Shown here: piece after piece, positions 11,986 to 25,454 of the stretch
Numbering within the stretch: the first letter of the stretch is position 1
Layout: each line of letters begins with the position of its first letter
Assembly: GCF_024521635.1 (NCBI RefSeq)
Contig: NW_026250405.1
Location: 1 to 64,000, forward strand
Direction of reading: 5' to 3'
Length of the DNA stretch: 64,000 bases
From: Tricharina praecox
Lineage: Eukaryota
The notes under the pieces: generated by a model
What the model was told of the DNA's origin: nothing
What the model saw: the letters and a program-made list of their open reading frames with translations, nothing else
Databases searched by the model: none
Made by a program: the position numbers and the translations under genes

Positions 11986-14541
11986 CGGCGGCGAGAGTCC
12001 GCGGTGGTGGTGGTGGGTGGAGTGACCTAGAGCACCCAGAGTACCCAGAGTACCCAGAGTACCCAGAGTACCTGCCTTGCTTGACCGACCGCTTCTCCTC
12101 TGTCTCAACTCGAGCCCTTTTTCGTTCCTTTTGTTTGCTGCTTCTGCTGCTGGGAGAGGGGGATGGGGCCGTACTGGACTGGACTGGATTGGCTTCGATC
12201 CGCGGGACTTGCCTTTGCCTCTCGCGTTTTGCGGCTTGTGCGGATCGAGTTAAACCGGGGGGTGGTTCACGCGTGTAGATAGATAGATAGGCGAGAGGCC
12301 GAAGCCGAAGCCGAAGCCGAAGCCGTGGCCGTGGTCTTGGTCGTGGTCGTTGTTTGGTGGAGAGGAGGAGACGAGATCTGGGTCGACCGCGGGTTGGAAG
12401 GACGAGCTGAGCATGAACGCCGTTGGGTGAGCGGGAGAGGAGGGGCGGAGGAGGAGGAGAAGGGCGAGGGCGGAGATTGCAGAAACGGCAGGACAGTTAT
12501 CTATCAAAGTGCTTTTGCAGCAGCATCAGCAGCAGCTCCTCGTTCTCTTGTTTCTTTTTCTTCGTCCTCCATTCTATTCCCATTTGCTTCACGGGACACT
12601 CCATCTATGCATATCTCGATACATGACCAACCACTTTATCACCTGCCCCCCCTCGTAGGTTCGCACTGCTCTGTGTGCTCTGTGTCACCCGTTTCCGTCG
12701 TCGACCCTCCTCGTGGACCTCTCTCATGCAACACGAACATGCAAGGGCGGACAGGCCGCGTGAACTGAACGGACCAGTGCTGCATCCATCTGCATGTGAA
12801 CCCTTCCCCCTCTGCAGCAGCAAGCAGCAAGCAGCAAGCAGCAAGCAACCAAGCAAGCAACCAAGCAATCAATATCTACACCGTTAGTTTGCAGAGTTAA
12901 CCGACAGCCTGCAGAATTTCAGCAAACTCTTCTCGAGGGGGGGGGTTTCATCTGGCAAGCACTCGCGTCGAGTTGGTGTTTGTTCCCGCCACCGTCGCCG
13001 TCCGCGTCCCTGTCCGCGTCCCTCCCAACTCCCAACAGCAGATCGCCAGGTGTACGCCCGACCAACCGGCAAACAGGCAGGCACAGCAAGAAAGAAAGAA
13101 AAGAAAGAAAACCCCCCCATCGGCTGTGGGCGTCGGCTTACTATTGCTGGAGCCTCCCGCATGATTCCTGGACATCGAACCCACCCCACCCCACCCACCG
13201 CAATCGCTATCCTGGTGGAATCTGGATAAATCCATCCATCGATTCTTCGGATCTATCCGAAGAGAGAGCAGCAGGAAAAAAAACTGCTGTCGTGCACGCA
13301 CGCAATGTTCCGCCAGTTAGAAGTAAGCTTAAAGGTGGACTGCATACTTGTATGTAGAGTAGGTAGAGTACGAGTAGAGGCGAGTGCGAGTGCATACATA
13401 TGGTATGGTGATGAGCACGCCTGCGCCTGCGGACTGCTCACCGCCACTACATACGGCTCCACGAGAACTACGAGAACATCTGAGGCGGGGTATGTACCGG
13501 TGTTGGAGTATCTACATAGAGAATCGCGTTCGCTCGTTGGGTGTCATATGTACTCTGCTCATGTAGATACTCTACGGTACTAGTCGGTTATGTACTCGTT
13601 AGTAACGACTCGGCGTTCACCTCGCGATGTCCATAGTGTGGAGAGGGGAGGGGGGGTGCTTGGCGGTCATGGTCACTGGACCTGGTAAAAGTATCTTCCG
13701 TACGATGTTGCATCTCCATCTCCAGCGTGCAGTGGGGTCGCAGACCCGCAGACTTGCAGACTGCCAGGATGGGCCTCGGCACTTTGAAGGGCGACTGGAC
13801 GTTGGGCGCGACGAAGCAAGGAACCCAGCCGCCCGCCCAACAGCAGCTCACCCTCCGATTATGTAAAGTGCGACCATCAGATTATGTTCTTGAGAGAGAG
13901 AACCGTCCGTCAGCGAAGATTTTCACTTTCACTTTCACATGCTCGCGAGTCATGCTTGCGAGTTGCAAGTCGATCCTGACTGAGGCTGACTTCTCACTCC
14001 TGCTCCCTAGACGTTCGACTCGACTCGAAGGTCGAGAGTCGACGGAGTGTTCAGGTGACATGTGCGATGTATCATGTAACATGATGTATGATGTCGGCGG
14101 CGCCGCGGCGGTGAACGCAAGTTACGCAATCGACGCAACCAATCAACGCAACCAACCAGCGTAACTAACGCAGCCTTGCATTCCACAGCCCCTCCCATCC
14201 CCCCTCCTCCCCCGCGCAGGAGCTCGATCGCCCAGTCAGTGACTCCATAGCCCCTCCGTCATGCCATGACATCCCACCGAGAATCCTAATCACAGCCCGC
14301 CTACCGTATGCCTTCCTTCTCGTCCCATACGGTAGAGTACGTTTCGAATGGCAGGGGACCAGGGAAGGAACCGCCTTATGCATCATGAAACGTGAAACGT
14401 GATGTCGTCGTCGTCGTCGTCGTCGGCCTGCGGCACGAGCTCGGCAGTTCGAAGAATGTGGCACTTGGAGTCTTGGGCTGGCGGGCCACGGCTATGGCTG
14501 CATTGGCTGGTGCGATCATGGTGCAATACATACAATCTAAA

Positions 14542-15000
14542 TAGGGAGGTTCTGCAGATTCCACGCACCACAACTACAACTATCAGGGGGTATCAGAGGG
14601 GTTTAGCTAATTGTTGAAAAGTGGGAGGTTCTGCACCGCGAACTAGAACCACAACTACAACTAGAACTACTGTTGGGACTACAAAACACGCAATAAAACT
14701 ATGGAGTGGTGGCGCGGCCGTGCACAACTGAGCGATACCGCAAGAGACAAGCGTTGGAGACAGCGACATGGTTTGCACCCTGTCTTTGGCGCTTTCATCC
14801 AATCAGCGTGTTTGTTATGATCCAGAATAAATCGAGCTAACTCGCGCTACTGACGAACTTCAGTAGTTGTTGGTAGCGTCGATGACCCCGGCCCACACGA
14901 CAGCTAGCCTGATGACCTTCCTCAATCAAGTAGGACCCATGTCCGTTGCTGTGGTGATAGTTGTAGTTGTAGTTCGCGGAGGGGTTGCAGAACCTCCCTA
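14542..15000. mobile_element. MITE-like non-autonomous DNA transposon (~459 bp)
   Basis: Left end TAGGGAGGTTCTGCA...ACAACTACAACTATCA; right end TGATAGTTGTAGTTGT...TGCAGAACCTCCCTA (inverted). A third, direct copy of the terminus lies at ~14623. The ends read either as TA TSD + GGGAGG or as hAT-like TAGGG termini. Confidence 0.75.
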
Positions 15001-17041
15001 ATAGCACTAGGCGCCGTGGCCTTGCGACGCCTGCGACATCTTCGCCACTTTGTAAAGTATCATACCGGTAGGTAGTCTACAAAGTACCCAGGTACTGGTA
15101 TGTAGACAGACAGGCAGGCAGAGTGGTCTGCGGAGATGGCGATACTCAAAAGTATAGGTACTCTACAACAGATATCACGGCTTTGACGGGCGCAAATCGC
15201 GATGCAATGGCGGGGCGGCGGGATGGCGGGGCGGCGGGATGGCGGCGGCGGCTCCGCCCTCTTCTGAGCCCTCTTCTGAGACTCGACTCGACGGAATGAA
15301 TCCGCGCGCGAGCGAGCGGTGAAGTGTGCGGTCCCAAATTCCAAGTTCCAATCCACATAAGCCACATGAAGCCACAAATAAGCCCACATCTCCACAGCTC
15401 CACATCTCCACATAACTAGAGTATAGTAGAGTATCGATTCACCCGGTACTAGGTAGAACAGCCTGAACACCCGCGAAACTACAAGTCTACTCAGGTATGT
15501 AAAAGAAAGAGAAAGAAAGAGAGAAAAACACCCCCCGATGCTCCCCCCGATTCTCCCTCCAATCCTGTTGGACATTTGGTATTGGGCAACTGTCCACACA
15601 CGTCGTATGTATCGTACTACTCCACAGTAGAAAACGTCTGCGAATTTAAATTTGTGCGGCCCCGGCCCCGGTACGGCAGAGTAGGTGGGTAGAGTATTTG
15701 ATCGCCGGCTTACATACGTACATCATACATAGAGTACTTGGTACAGTGATTACAGTGCTGCACCCGGCACCGCCGCACCGCCGCACCGCCGCACCAGGCG
15801 TTGGGCGGCCCAGCAGCCTAGCATCCTTCCTTCTTCTTTCCTTCCTCCTTGATATACTCTACATATCATATCGCTCATCTCATCCCCAAGCCTCAAGGCT
15901 CACACCCACACTGCGGCGAGCATCGAGCATCAAATTGAAAATTCTAGCAACGCGTGCGCCGGGCGCAGGCATATGTATGATAGAGTACAGAGCAACATGG
16001 TAGTAGAGTGCACACCACCCGCACCCGCCTTCCCCTGCGCAGGGAAAAAACGTTATCACGGCTGATCGGTCGGCAGGGGGAAGGGGCCGGCGGTGTTTGA
16101 TATATACCCAGGTGGGTAGTAGGTACCTAGTAGGGTAGTAGGTGGTACTGGTACATATGAGATCCACATATGGGTTTGATGGGCTTTCTGGGCTTTGTGA
16201 TTGGTGATCGGTGATTGGTGGTGGAAAGTCATACATGTTACCGTACACAGCTCATCCCACCAATAATCCTGCGGACAATTCCATACCTTACTCACCAGCC
16301 ACAAATCTGTCAGCGGGAGTGTTGGATCAGCTGGTAGTACTCGAGCAGTCCACCGCGAGTGAAAGATAATGAGAATGAGAAAGCATGACAAAATAGCACT
16401 TTCTCGACTCAGCGGGACCAGCCCTACATACTCCAGACTCCAGCTCTACTATCCTGGTACATGACAGGTTGCACGTGAGTGGAGGTGGTGGAGTGAGCTA
16501 GGGCTGAGGGTTTGAGCCGGCTGACTACCTGTGCTGGATGAGCGAGTGCGAACTGAACGTACGATCGATGAATTCCCGACACAAACGGGTAGATATGTAA
16601 GCTCTGCCCTGCTAGATTGCAGCGTGGGATTTCGGTGAGATGGCTTAATGTCTATGCCTGCATTGAATTTGCGAACTGGAAGTGGCTTACCTACCGTATC
16701 TATTCCTCGGTGTGTATCAAGTCGGCCACCCAGAGTGACGGTTCGGACTCCGGATTGGTGCCGTTATGGCGTTCGCATTTATCGATTGTGTATTTGCAGA
16801 GTTACGGGTATCTACCTATCCACTCATGGCGCAGCAGGATCATAGAAGTGGCCCAGATAGACAATCCTGGTGCGATGGCACCAAATCATCAACATTGAAT
16901 GGACCCTCGGTCATGCCAAACTCCTATTCCCGCTAGATTCCTTGCCAAAGAGAAATGGTAAGAGCGAAAGTATGTACCATTCGTAAAGAAACCAATCCCG
17001 ACTGCCAACCCGTCGACCTAGGTATATGATATATCCACCAT

Positions 17042-19454
17042 TCATCCCACACACCACTGCAAATCAACCGACTGCCGAACAGTGCCGACCACAGTATTTC
17101 CATTTACAGAAGCCCGATCAAGCGTCGCTTCGACGACGACCCTATTCTCGAACCTAGCCACAGCACTTCCGGCGGCACTTTCGGACCTCAAGGAGACCAA
17201 AACGCCGCGAGTCATAGGATTCGTAGCGGGGGGATTCTCGACGATCAACGCTGGTCTGCGGATCCTGTCTGCACGCGGGCCTAGCACTCGCACTCTAAAC
17301 ACCAGTTCTGAACCCTCCTGTGCCATATCAAAGACTTCGCCGAGATCCTCCCGGTCTTCCGCGATGAAATACGAGATGAACTGGGAGAACGCCAGGCCCT
17401 CGGGCGATATGCGGGCCGTGATGCCGACGGAGAAGAATCTGGACCCGTAGTCCACCTCATTGGTCATGAAAGTTGCTGGCGCCCAGCGGAACCCGTCCTC
17501 CTGGAGCCTGGGCGAATTGGCAAAGATGATGTTCGGCGAGACGGTGGAGAGTGATGCCCAGAACGCCTTCATCCTGACCAGCGGATCGTGGCCTGGGATC
17601 TGGAGTAGCTTCTTGGGGCTTTTTCCGAGCAGTGCCGATACGCAGATCGTCTCGTCCGCCATCTTGCTGCTCATCCGCCCCTTGAGCGAGGCGGCGACTA
17701 GTTCCAGCCCGCGCTCCCCTCGCATGCGCGGCATGGTTAGCCGGATTGGTATAATCTGAGTAGTTGCACTGACGAATATCTGGTTCGCGTAATCATTGTA
17801 CGTTTCCAGTCGTTGCATTAGCATTTCATCGTCGTAGTCGGGGCAATCGGGATATTCCCCGACGGTTTGGAGCGCATATTCCATAGCTTCCACATCATCG
17901 CCGATGAAAACGTCATCAGCGGCCAGGGCACGATGTATCTTCACCGTAAATACGTCGTTCGCACCGAAGTCCGGCGCGCCCACGAGCCGGAGCCGGTTCT
18001 TGGTGACCGAGTTCACCTCCCGGAACTGTGCATCCAATACGCTCACTCGCACCGTGCCATCCCCGACCAGAAAGTACAGTTCATCGGCCAACATTCCTTC
18101 CTGCAGCGTCCAGAGCCGCTGCATCCACGAAGAGCAGCGGATCCTCATCAGCAGCTCCTCGGGAGCGCTGTGCACGCCGGGATCCGTCAGCGAGGAATCG
18201 AGCACCAGGACTTTTCCCGCTCCCTCGTATGTCCTAGCCATGAGCTGGATCGCCATGTTTCTCATGTCGTTGCTGAGGGGCACGCAAATGGTGTCGATCC
18301 AGAATGGAACTGGGTGGTTCTCGGGCTCGTAGAGGCCGTTAACCAGCTTCTGCAGCTTCTGCAACTGGCACAGTGGAAGCGCGTTCTGCCGCGGGTTTCC
18401 CATGCCGTCCGACCACACGTGCGAAATCGCTACGTAAGGCTTTGAGGGGTCTGCTGCGGTGATGCTCACGATTGGAGCGCTCGAATCGGAAGTGATCGCT
18501 GCCACAGATATGACCGGAATGCCTCCGGCTTTAAGGATGGCTGAGACGGGATGACTCGCTGGGCTTTCGACGACAATGTGTTCACATCCGCATCCACTGC
18601 TAGTCACCCGTTCGCCCAGTTTCTGGTGGAAGTATGTACGGTTAGAACCACTGAATATCGAGTTAAGCACAGGGGGGGAATACCGTCAAGTAACTTTCTC
18701 GAGCGTGTCTCGTAACGTACGTATCCTCATCGATCTGATTGGCGACACAAGACACATCCGAGCACTTTGAATGATCTTTCCCGAGTCCCTTCCGGTCAAG
18801 AAAGCTCACAAACACTATGACTGACGGGGTATTAATCCCCAGCATAGCTACCTCTCCCAAGCACCACCCCGCCTCCTGGAGCAGTTTCTTCACGAACCCT
18901 CCAACATCCCAAGTAAACGTTTTGACCTTGTACACCGCGTAAACATGAGGTCTAGCCTTATCCAAGGCCTCCGCCAGGAGAACGATCGACAGCAGCACAA
19001 GATCCAGCTCTGCCGCCTCGACGTAGCCAAGCGAGTGGACCACCTCATTCACCCGTGCAAGACACTCAGTCGTTCTTTCTAGGCGAACTAGATTTTCGTC
19101 CTCGTCGTCGGGGCCCTTTAGCCGCACCTCGCTCGCGATCCAGTACCATATATACCGCTGGAGGTTTTCGGTGGTGATCACCCGCTGTCCATCCTCCTGT
19201 TCGGTGAGAAAATCCTCGCGGGTGAATGGCACGCCCGAGATGTTTTCGAACACCTCTTGGAGCGTCCCGAAGTATAGCCACGCTTGTAGGAACGCTGCGA
19301 GCTCGTCCACAGACGTTGCCCCGGAAATGTCCACACCTGCGCGAGTGGGGTAGCTTGCGAAGCCCAGGTTGTCGTAGGCGTACTTCGAGGTGCAAAGAAA
19401 TGGAACCTTCAGCGGCGCGCGCACGGGAGACGAGGGGAGCGGTATATGGTCCAT
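17042..19454 (-). CDS. HET-domain (heterokaryon incompatibility, TIR-like) protein, 783 aa, 2 exons
   Basis: Intron 18623-18683 (GTATTC..CTAAC..CAG) joins the two track ORFs in frame. HET motifs YVAISHVWSDG, FWIDTICVP, MARTYEGAGKVLVLD and SSWMQRLWTLQEG are present. The N-terminus has FLQAWLYFG and a DHSKC..C..H..CGC cluster. Confidence 0.92.
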
Positions 19455-21206
19455 CTATTCCTCTGGTGTTTGAACTCTTTGGTTGGCTCGTGATAGTCGT
19501 CTGTTGGCCGATGGGGGGAAGCTGATGCAGGGAGAGCTTTCTCTGTTGCAGCGGGGGTACCTATGGTTCTACTCTACTAGGTATATCCATAGCACGTCCC
19601 GGCGCTTATGAGAAAAAGGAGAGAGCTGTCAGCGCACATCTACGGCGATCACTCCGCCTGAAGTGTCGGGGTGCCTAGTCCAGTAGAGCGGCCTATATGA
19701 TCGCCGTGCGGACCATCATGAGTACAAAGGTTCCGATATATGTACGGTCGACGGTCTGTCTGATATTTGGACACCAAGAATAGATCTCGAGCTGTCAAGA
19801 CTCAAGAGAAGAACAGAGAAGGGACAAAAAGCCGGCCTTTTAGGCCAAACGTTCGGAAGAGGGTTCGATTTTGTCAACACAGTGTTCACGGAAGTACAGT
19901 ACAGGCTGCAGGTCGAGTCGTATGAAGTGATGTTCCGGTGTTATTAGTCCTGTATCATAAGAAATCACTGCGAATGCGGCAGGGCTGTCGGATATTCGCG
20001 GTTCTGGTGGCGGCTTTTGGGCCGATTCGTCACCAAACTATGAACTGCCTTCTATCTTCGGGAGATGATATCTCTGTTTGAGGGCCCGCTGCTGTTAAGC
20101 GACCCTTTGCGACTGCCGTTCATGCCGAACTGGGCCGTGCTCTTGCGGTGGTAGCAGTCAACGAGTCGACTTCGGAGATCAGACAGCGATTGGCTGTGAA
20201 AGACACAATCACTCATCTCGAGGGGCACCGATGGATGAGTGGTCATCACTGGCGGGTTGGGGGGTTATTTTCGCCATCGTCTTTTTGACGCTGGACAGGG
20301 GCAGTCAAATCGGAAAAGCCTGTAGACTTCGGTTAGTAAAAGAGAGAGAGAGAGAGAGATCTTTAAAAGCACGAATATGTAGGTGGAAGTCTTCACCGAC
20401 TCTGATGAGGCGGTCTGGGATTTCGCTTATGTCGAAGACAGACGCGCCCGCTCAAGCCCTCCAACAGCACAGTTGAAGCACGAGATCAACGGACAACCCT
20501 CGAGCTTAGGCCTCATGACTGGAATTCCTTCAGCTTTGGTTGCGAAGCTTGGGAATCTAAGCCTTGTCGGAATCCCAAGGCTTCTAGAAGGGTGCGAACT
20601 TTACTCGGGACTGTGGATTATGCGAGTGCGCTAGCCGTGGGTTGAGAAGCCTCTACAGAACTGTTCTTTCTTGATCAACGGACCGCTCAGAGTCCGTGAA
20701 AATACGAAGCCTACTCGGCAGCCGGTCTCGAGAGGTGTGGAACACGAGTCATCGTGCGGAAGAAACTCGTCTTGACAAATTGCATCCGGCAAACGTCAAT
20801 ATGCGTCACATACACCGTTTGTGTGCTCATTATGACTCACTCGCACCCACGCAGGCAAATCGGCATCACGAAATGCAAAAAGATATCCTCCAAGAGCCTC
20901 TGCTACGCTGAAGTCGCTCAACAGCAGTCGAAAACTCCGCATTTTGACCTTTTTGATGTTGCTAAAAGACAAAATAGAAAATCGCACAAAGATTAGGCCA
21001 AGATTTCATTGTGTGCGCTGGGGATAGGGCAAAGCCCTAGCGCGGTCACACCACGCACACGGATTCAGCCGAGCCGCAAGTTGTGTGTCAGGCAAGCGCT
21101 TGGTTTGGTTCTACTTGTCCGTAGTAATCGACAACCCAACCCGTCCCCCCCCATCGACAACCCCGACAAACGACACCCAGCGACAGACCCCGGGACACTA
21201 TTCAAA

Positions 21207-22254
21207 ATGTGAGTTTGATCGCGATAATTCGCTGCTGTTTGTGTTTTATATGGCAAAATATGGTGGATTTGAGGAGGAGGAAGAGGAGGAAATATTCGCC
21301 ACTCATGGTCGCATGACGGAACCTGCCCTCGCATACACGGCGAAGACGACGATTCGAAAGACACGGCTACGATTACTACGCGACAGCTATGGGCGACGAC
21401 TGAGCTTGGGTCGGAGAGCTCTGTTAGAGTTTAGTTATGTGTTCAAAGAGCTTGGGGGTCCGGTGGCGGGGAAGTGGCGAATGGGGCGATGAATTGAACA
21501 TTGAAACAACTTTTTGCACAAGAATATTCGACTGACAATGCTTCTCCGCCATCTAGGGTCAACCTCAGAACCCAGAAGCGTCTCGCTGCGTCCGTCATGG
21601 ACTGTGGAAAGAGAAAGGTCTGGCTGGACCCTAACGAGATGAACGAGATTTCCAACGCCAACTCGCGTGCGTACCCCCTACTCGATGCTCCTCTACCGCC
21701 ACTTCGGAACGATCGACTGACGAAAAATAGGCCAAACTATCCGCAAGCTGGTCTCGGACGGACTCATCATCAAGAAGCCCAACGCTATGCACTCGCGTAG
21801 CCGAACCCGCGACCTCCAGGAGGCTCGTCGTGCTGGTCGTCATACCGGTTACGGTAAGCGCAAGGGTACCGCGAACGCCCGTATGCCGTCTCAGGTCCTC
21901 TGGATGCGCCGCATGCGTGTCCTCCGTCGCTTGCTCGTCAAGTACCGGGCTTCCGGCAAGATTGACAAGCACCTTTACCACGAGCTGTACCACTCCAGCA
22001 AGGGTAACGCTTTCAAGCACAAGCGCGGTCTCGTTGAGCACGTACGTTCCCGGTCTCTTTGCCTGATGCACAGTTAGAAACTCACACATGTACAGATCCA
22101 CAAGGCTAAGGCCGAGAAGGCCCGTGAGCGTGTCCTCAAGGAGGAGATGGACGCGAAGCGTGCCAAGACCAAGGCTGCCCGCGAGAGGAGACAGAACAGG
22201 CTCCAGGAGAAGCGCAATGCTCTCATGGGAGACCTCGCCGAGGAGGAGAAATAA
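21207..22254 (+). CDS. RPL19: 60S ribosomal protein L19 (eL19), 193 aa, 4 exons
   Basis: Exons 21207-21208 (AT), 21557-21666, 21731-22041 and 22096-22254 give [28 protein letters not shown]...[18 protein letters not shown]...KGNAFKHKR. Confidence 0.98.
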
Positions 22255-23290
22255 AAAGGGTTTCGTTCTTGACGGTGTACTTGGGGTTTTCACTTTCGGC
22301 TCTCAATCGGCTTGTTCTTGGAATCATCTTCCTCCAAAATAAATGTCTTTCGGGGTCCTTGGCTCCTGGGCTTCTGGGTGAAATTTGATCTGGTACAATC
22401 CTTTTACCGAATGGGTATCTAGTCCTGCTCTCTCTGTCATGCATTTGTTGTGATGAGAATCGGATTGGCTACTTTCAGTATGTTTGGGAGCATTGGTTTG
22501 GCGTTGGTTCTTTGCTTGGTCTTGTTGGGCGGCATCTGTACTTCTCTCATTCTCTATCTTCGTTCAGACATGATGCAATGAGACAAGATCATGAATTTTT
22601 GTACAGTACCATGCCGTCCAACACGTCTTCAATCGCCATCATTAAACTCCAACGAACCATCGTAGCTTTATTAGCAGCTCACTCCACCATCTGCTATTGA
22701 CATGCAGTAGCTTTTAGCTTATGCGTAAGGTTGGACGCCCGACGATATTGCTGCCACTATGGTGCGAAAGTATGTACATACTGCGGCGGTTGATTTGCCG
22801 CGAGTATCGACGTTTACCTTGCACTCGCAATGCAAAGTATGGTATGAGCTATATGAGATAGAATTCCAGGCTTGCGTTCCCATGTACTACAGCTTCAGTC
22901 ATATATATAGACTCCCACAGTCATGCTTTGAATGAATTTCCTTTCCCTCCTATATACGTTTCTGAATCACTAGCGGCCAACGTTAATTATGGAGGGGTTC
23001 ATACTGCCAAGCTTTCTTGGTGGTCTCTGTGTTACCGTTTCCTCATCGCGAAATCACGACACAAATCAATCGCGTCTCCCGATCAAGAAACCCCAACAAC
23101 CCCGCGATCCTCCTCTTCTTATCCTCCTTTCTCCGTAACAGCAACCAATACATCACATTCTCCTACCTCTCATTCCAACATTCTCTCACCTCTCATTCCA
23201 CATTACCACCGCAACGACTAATTAACGTGACCCACTCCTGTTCGCTCTAATTCGCACGGCAACCTCCAAAACAAATTCACACGTCTGCGC

Positions 23291-25454
23291 ATGAAGTCTA
23301 CAATGGCGGAATCCAGGCAACGCCCGCTATCCTCCAAGTCTGGCCCGCGGTCTCGGTTCGGGACAGCGCCGCCCTCACCACAGACTTCCAGGAAACAAGT
23401 GACACCCACAGTCAAGTCCGAAGGTGACGAAACGCCTGCCGGGATAATCACAGCGCCGCGACTCCCTCATCCTTCCCCGTTGGGTCTTTCTACCGTTGTC
23501 GCAAAGCATGCCCCGCGCCCGAACGGAACCACTCGGACGAAACCCGATTCTGCGTATGCGAACACCAAGGCACCGACGACCTCTCCGCTGCCGTTAGCTA
23601 CTATCATGGACGACGACGATCCCGGATGGACGCGGGCTGGCCAGCAACTGAGGAAGACCACTAAGCACCCCCGGCGCGACTCAGGCAACAACGCTGCCGG
23701 AGCAGCTGCCTCTAGGATGAGGAGTAGTTCTCCTGCCTACGAACAGTCGGTCGCGGACCCGTACATCACTCCTGTCAGGTCGAAGAGTCCTGGGGAGAGA
23801 AACAACATAGTCGGTGTTGAAGTCGATAATACCGGCGATCATAGCACCGCCTCAGATTCTGGCAGCAGGAAGAGGAAGAGAGCAAGTCTCGGTGGTAAGT
23901 GATATCGTGCGTATGTTTAAAGTGTATTGGCTGACATGCAGAATAGCACAAAAGGGCGCCCAGGTCCAGACCACCGATGGCCACGATCACAATCGCCGAA
24001 CCTCACAGTTGCACAAGCCGAGAGATCAATCTACTCAATCTTCGCGCTCGGAACAGAAGTTGCCAACTTCGAATTCCCCACTGGGGCACCACCGTCCTAG
24101 CTCTGTCGGACGGGAGCCTCCGACTTCGCTGCCGCAGCCACGATCTACCCCCACCGTACCCGTCGAGGGTGTCGAAAATGTGCCTAGCGATCGTCTCGTT
24201 GGCAAAGTTCTCCTTGACAGGTACAACATCAAGAACATTAACGGAGTTGGGAACTTCTCAACTTGCTACAACGCCTTCGACACGGTCGAAAAAAAGTGGG
24301 TCGCCATCAAACGGTTCTTCCCACAGTGGGCGGGGATCGGAACTGCCGAATGGCATATTGTCAGCGACTTCAAATTCTCTTCACGCATCGTCAGTGCGAT
24401 AGAGTGCTTCTGGACGGAGGATGATGAAACGGATGTTTTCCATATAGTTATGGAACCGCTGTGCGCCGACAAGCCGATCGAACTGCCGGAATGTGTCTGT
24501 GACGAAAATCACGCGCCGATTGCCTGCCCCCGCCGGCATCGCGCGCTCGCCAAGATTATGGTCCAGATTCTTTCCGGATTGGCCGAAGTTCACGAGTCGG
24601 ATATTATCCACGCCGACCTGACCCCTTCCAACATGCTTTCGACGATGGGTTCGGGTATGGGTGTCAAGTTGATTGACTTTTCCAATGCCATCAGGAAGGA
24701 AGGGTGGGCCGGCTACGAGGAGGATTACGGCGTGCAGACACCGTGCTACCGTGCTCCCGAGATGTTGCTCGGTAGTGGCCCGGTCGGCAAGCACATCGAT
24801 ATCTGGAGCGTGGGCATCATTGCCCTGCAACTCCTCTTTGGAGATGACGTTTTCATTCCTGGCGGCATTGAAGGGGGCGAGATAATGCGGACTCCGCTCG
24901 AGGGACGTGACGCGGCAATTCGACGACTCATTGACGTCTTTGGCTCCGTGAAGTCTTGCGAGGGCGGCAGGTATTGGCTCGGAGACTACGTCGGCCTCAG
25001 CACTCGTTGGGGCTGGGAGAAGGGAAAGGGCAAAGTCCGCTTATCCGACCAGGCCGGTGTTCTCGGCGGATATCTCGCGCGCACCCAAGATGTAGGATTA
25101 GCTGCCTGGCTCACGGGAATGGTCGAGGTGGACTGGAATCAGCGATCGACCGTTGAGGACGCCCTCCGAAACCCGTGGCTGGTCGACACGCTTCTGGGCA
25201 ATTTTGGCCGTGTTCTGATGCGTCCTGGGCCGTCTCGCGCCAGGGTGGATCACGAGGAAGAGGAAGTCCGTCGAAGGGTGAGGAGAAGACTGTCACCAGA
25301 GGTTAGAGACTTCGGCACTCAGGCTTTCTCGTCCTCGCACGGACCCCCGTCACCGAATGCACAACATGACAAGCTTCACCGGGATAACTGGAACAGCTTC
25401 TCCGATGATGCTGAGGATCTCGACGATCAGGTGAATCTCGTGGGCGGTGGGTAG
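23291..25454 (+). CDS. Ser/Thr protein kinase-like protein (CMGC/DYRK-like, atypical motifs), 703 aa, 2 exons
   Basis: Intron 23895-23946 (GTAAGT..CTGAC..TAG). Motifs GVGNFS, VAIK, HADLTPSN, DFS, QTPCYRAPE and DIWSVG. Long disordered N-terminus with the NLS-like RKRKR. Confidence 0.88.

Noticed and set aside
18663..18690. Frameshift or pseudogene in the HET gene
   Set aside because: A canonical 61-nt intron (18623-18683) restores the frame.
21030..21050. Ribosomal-protein promoter motifs (aagccctag, cggtcaca, Homol-D-like)
   Set aside because: Short, imperfect matches that cannot be told from chance without comparative data.
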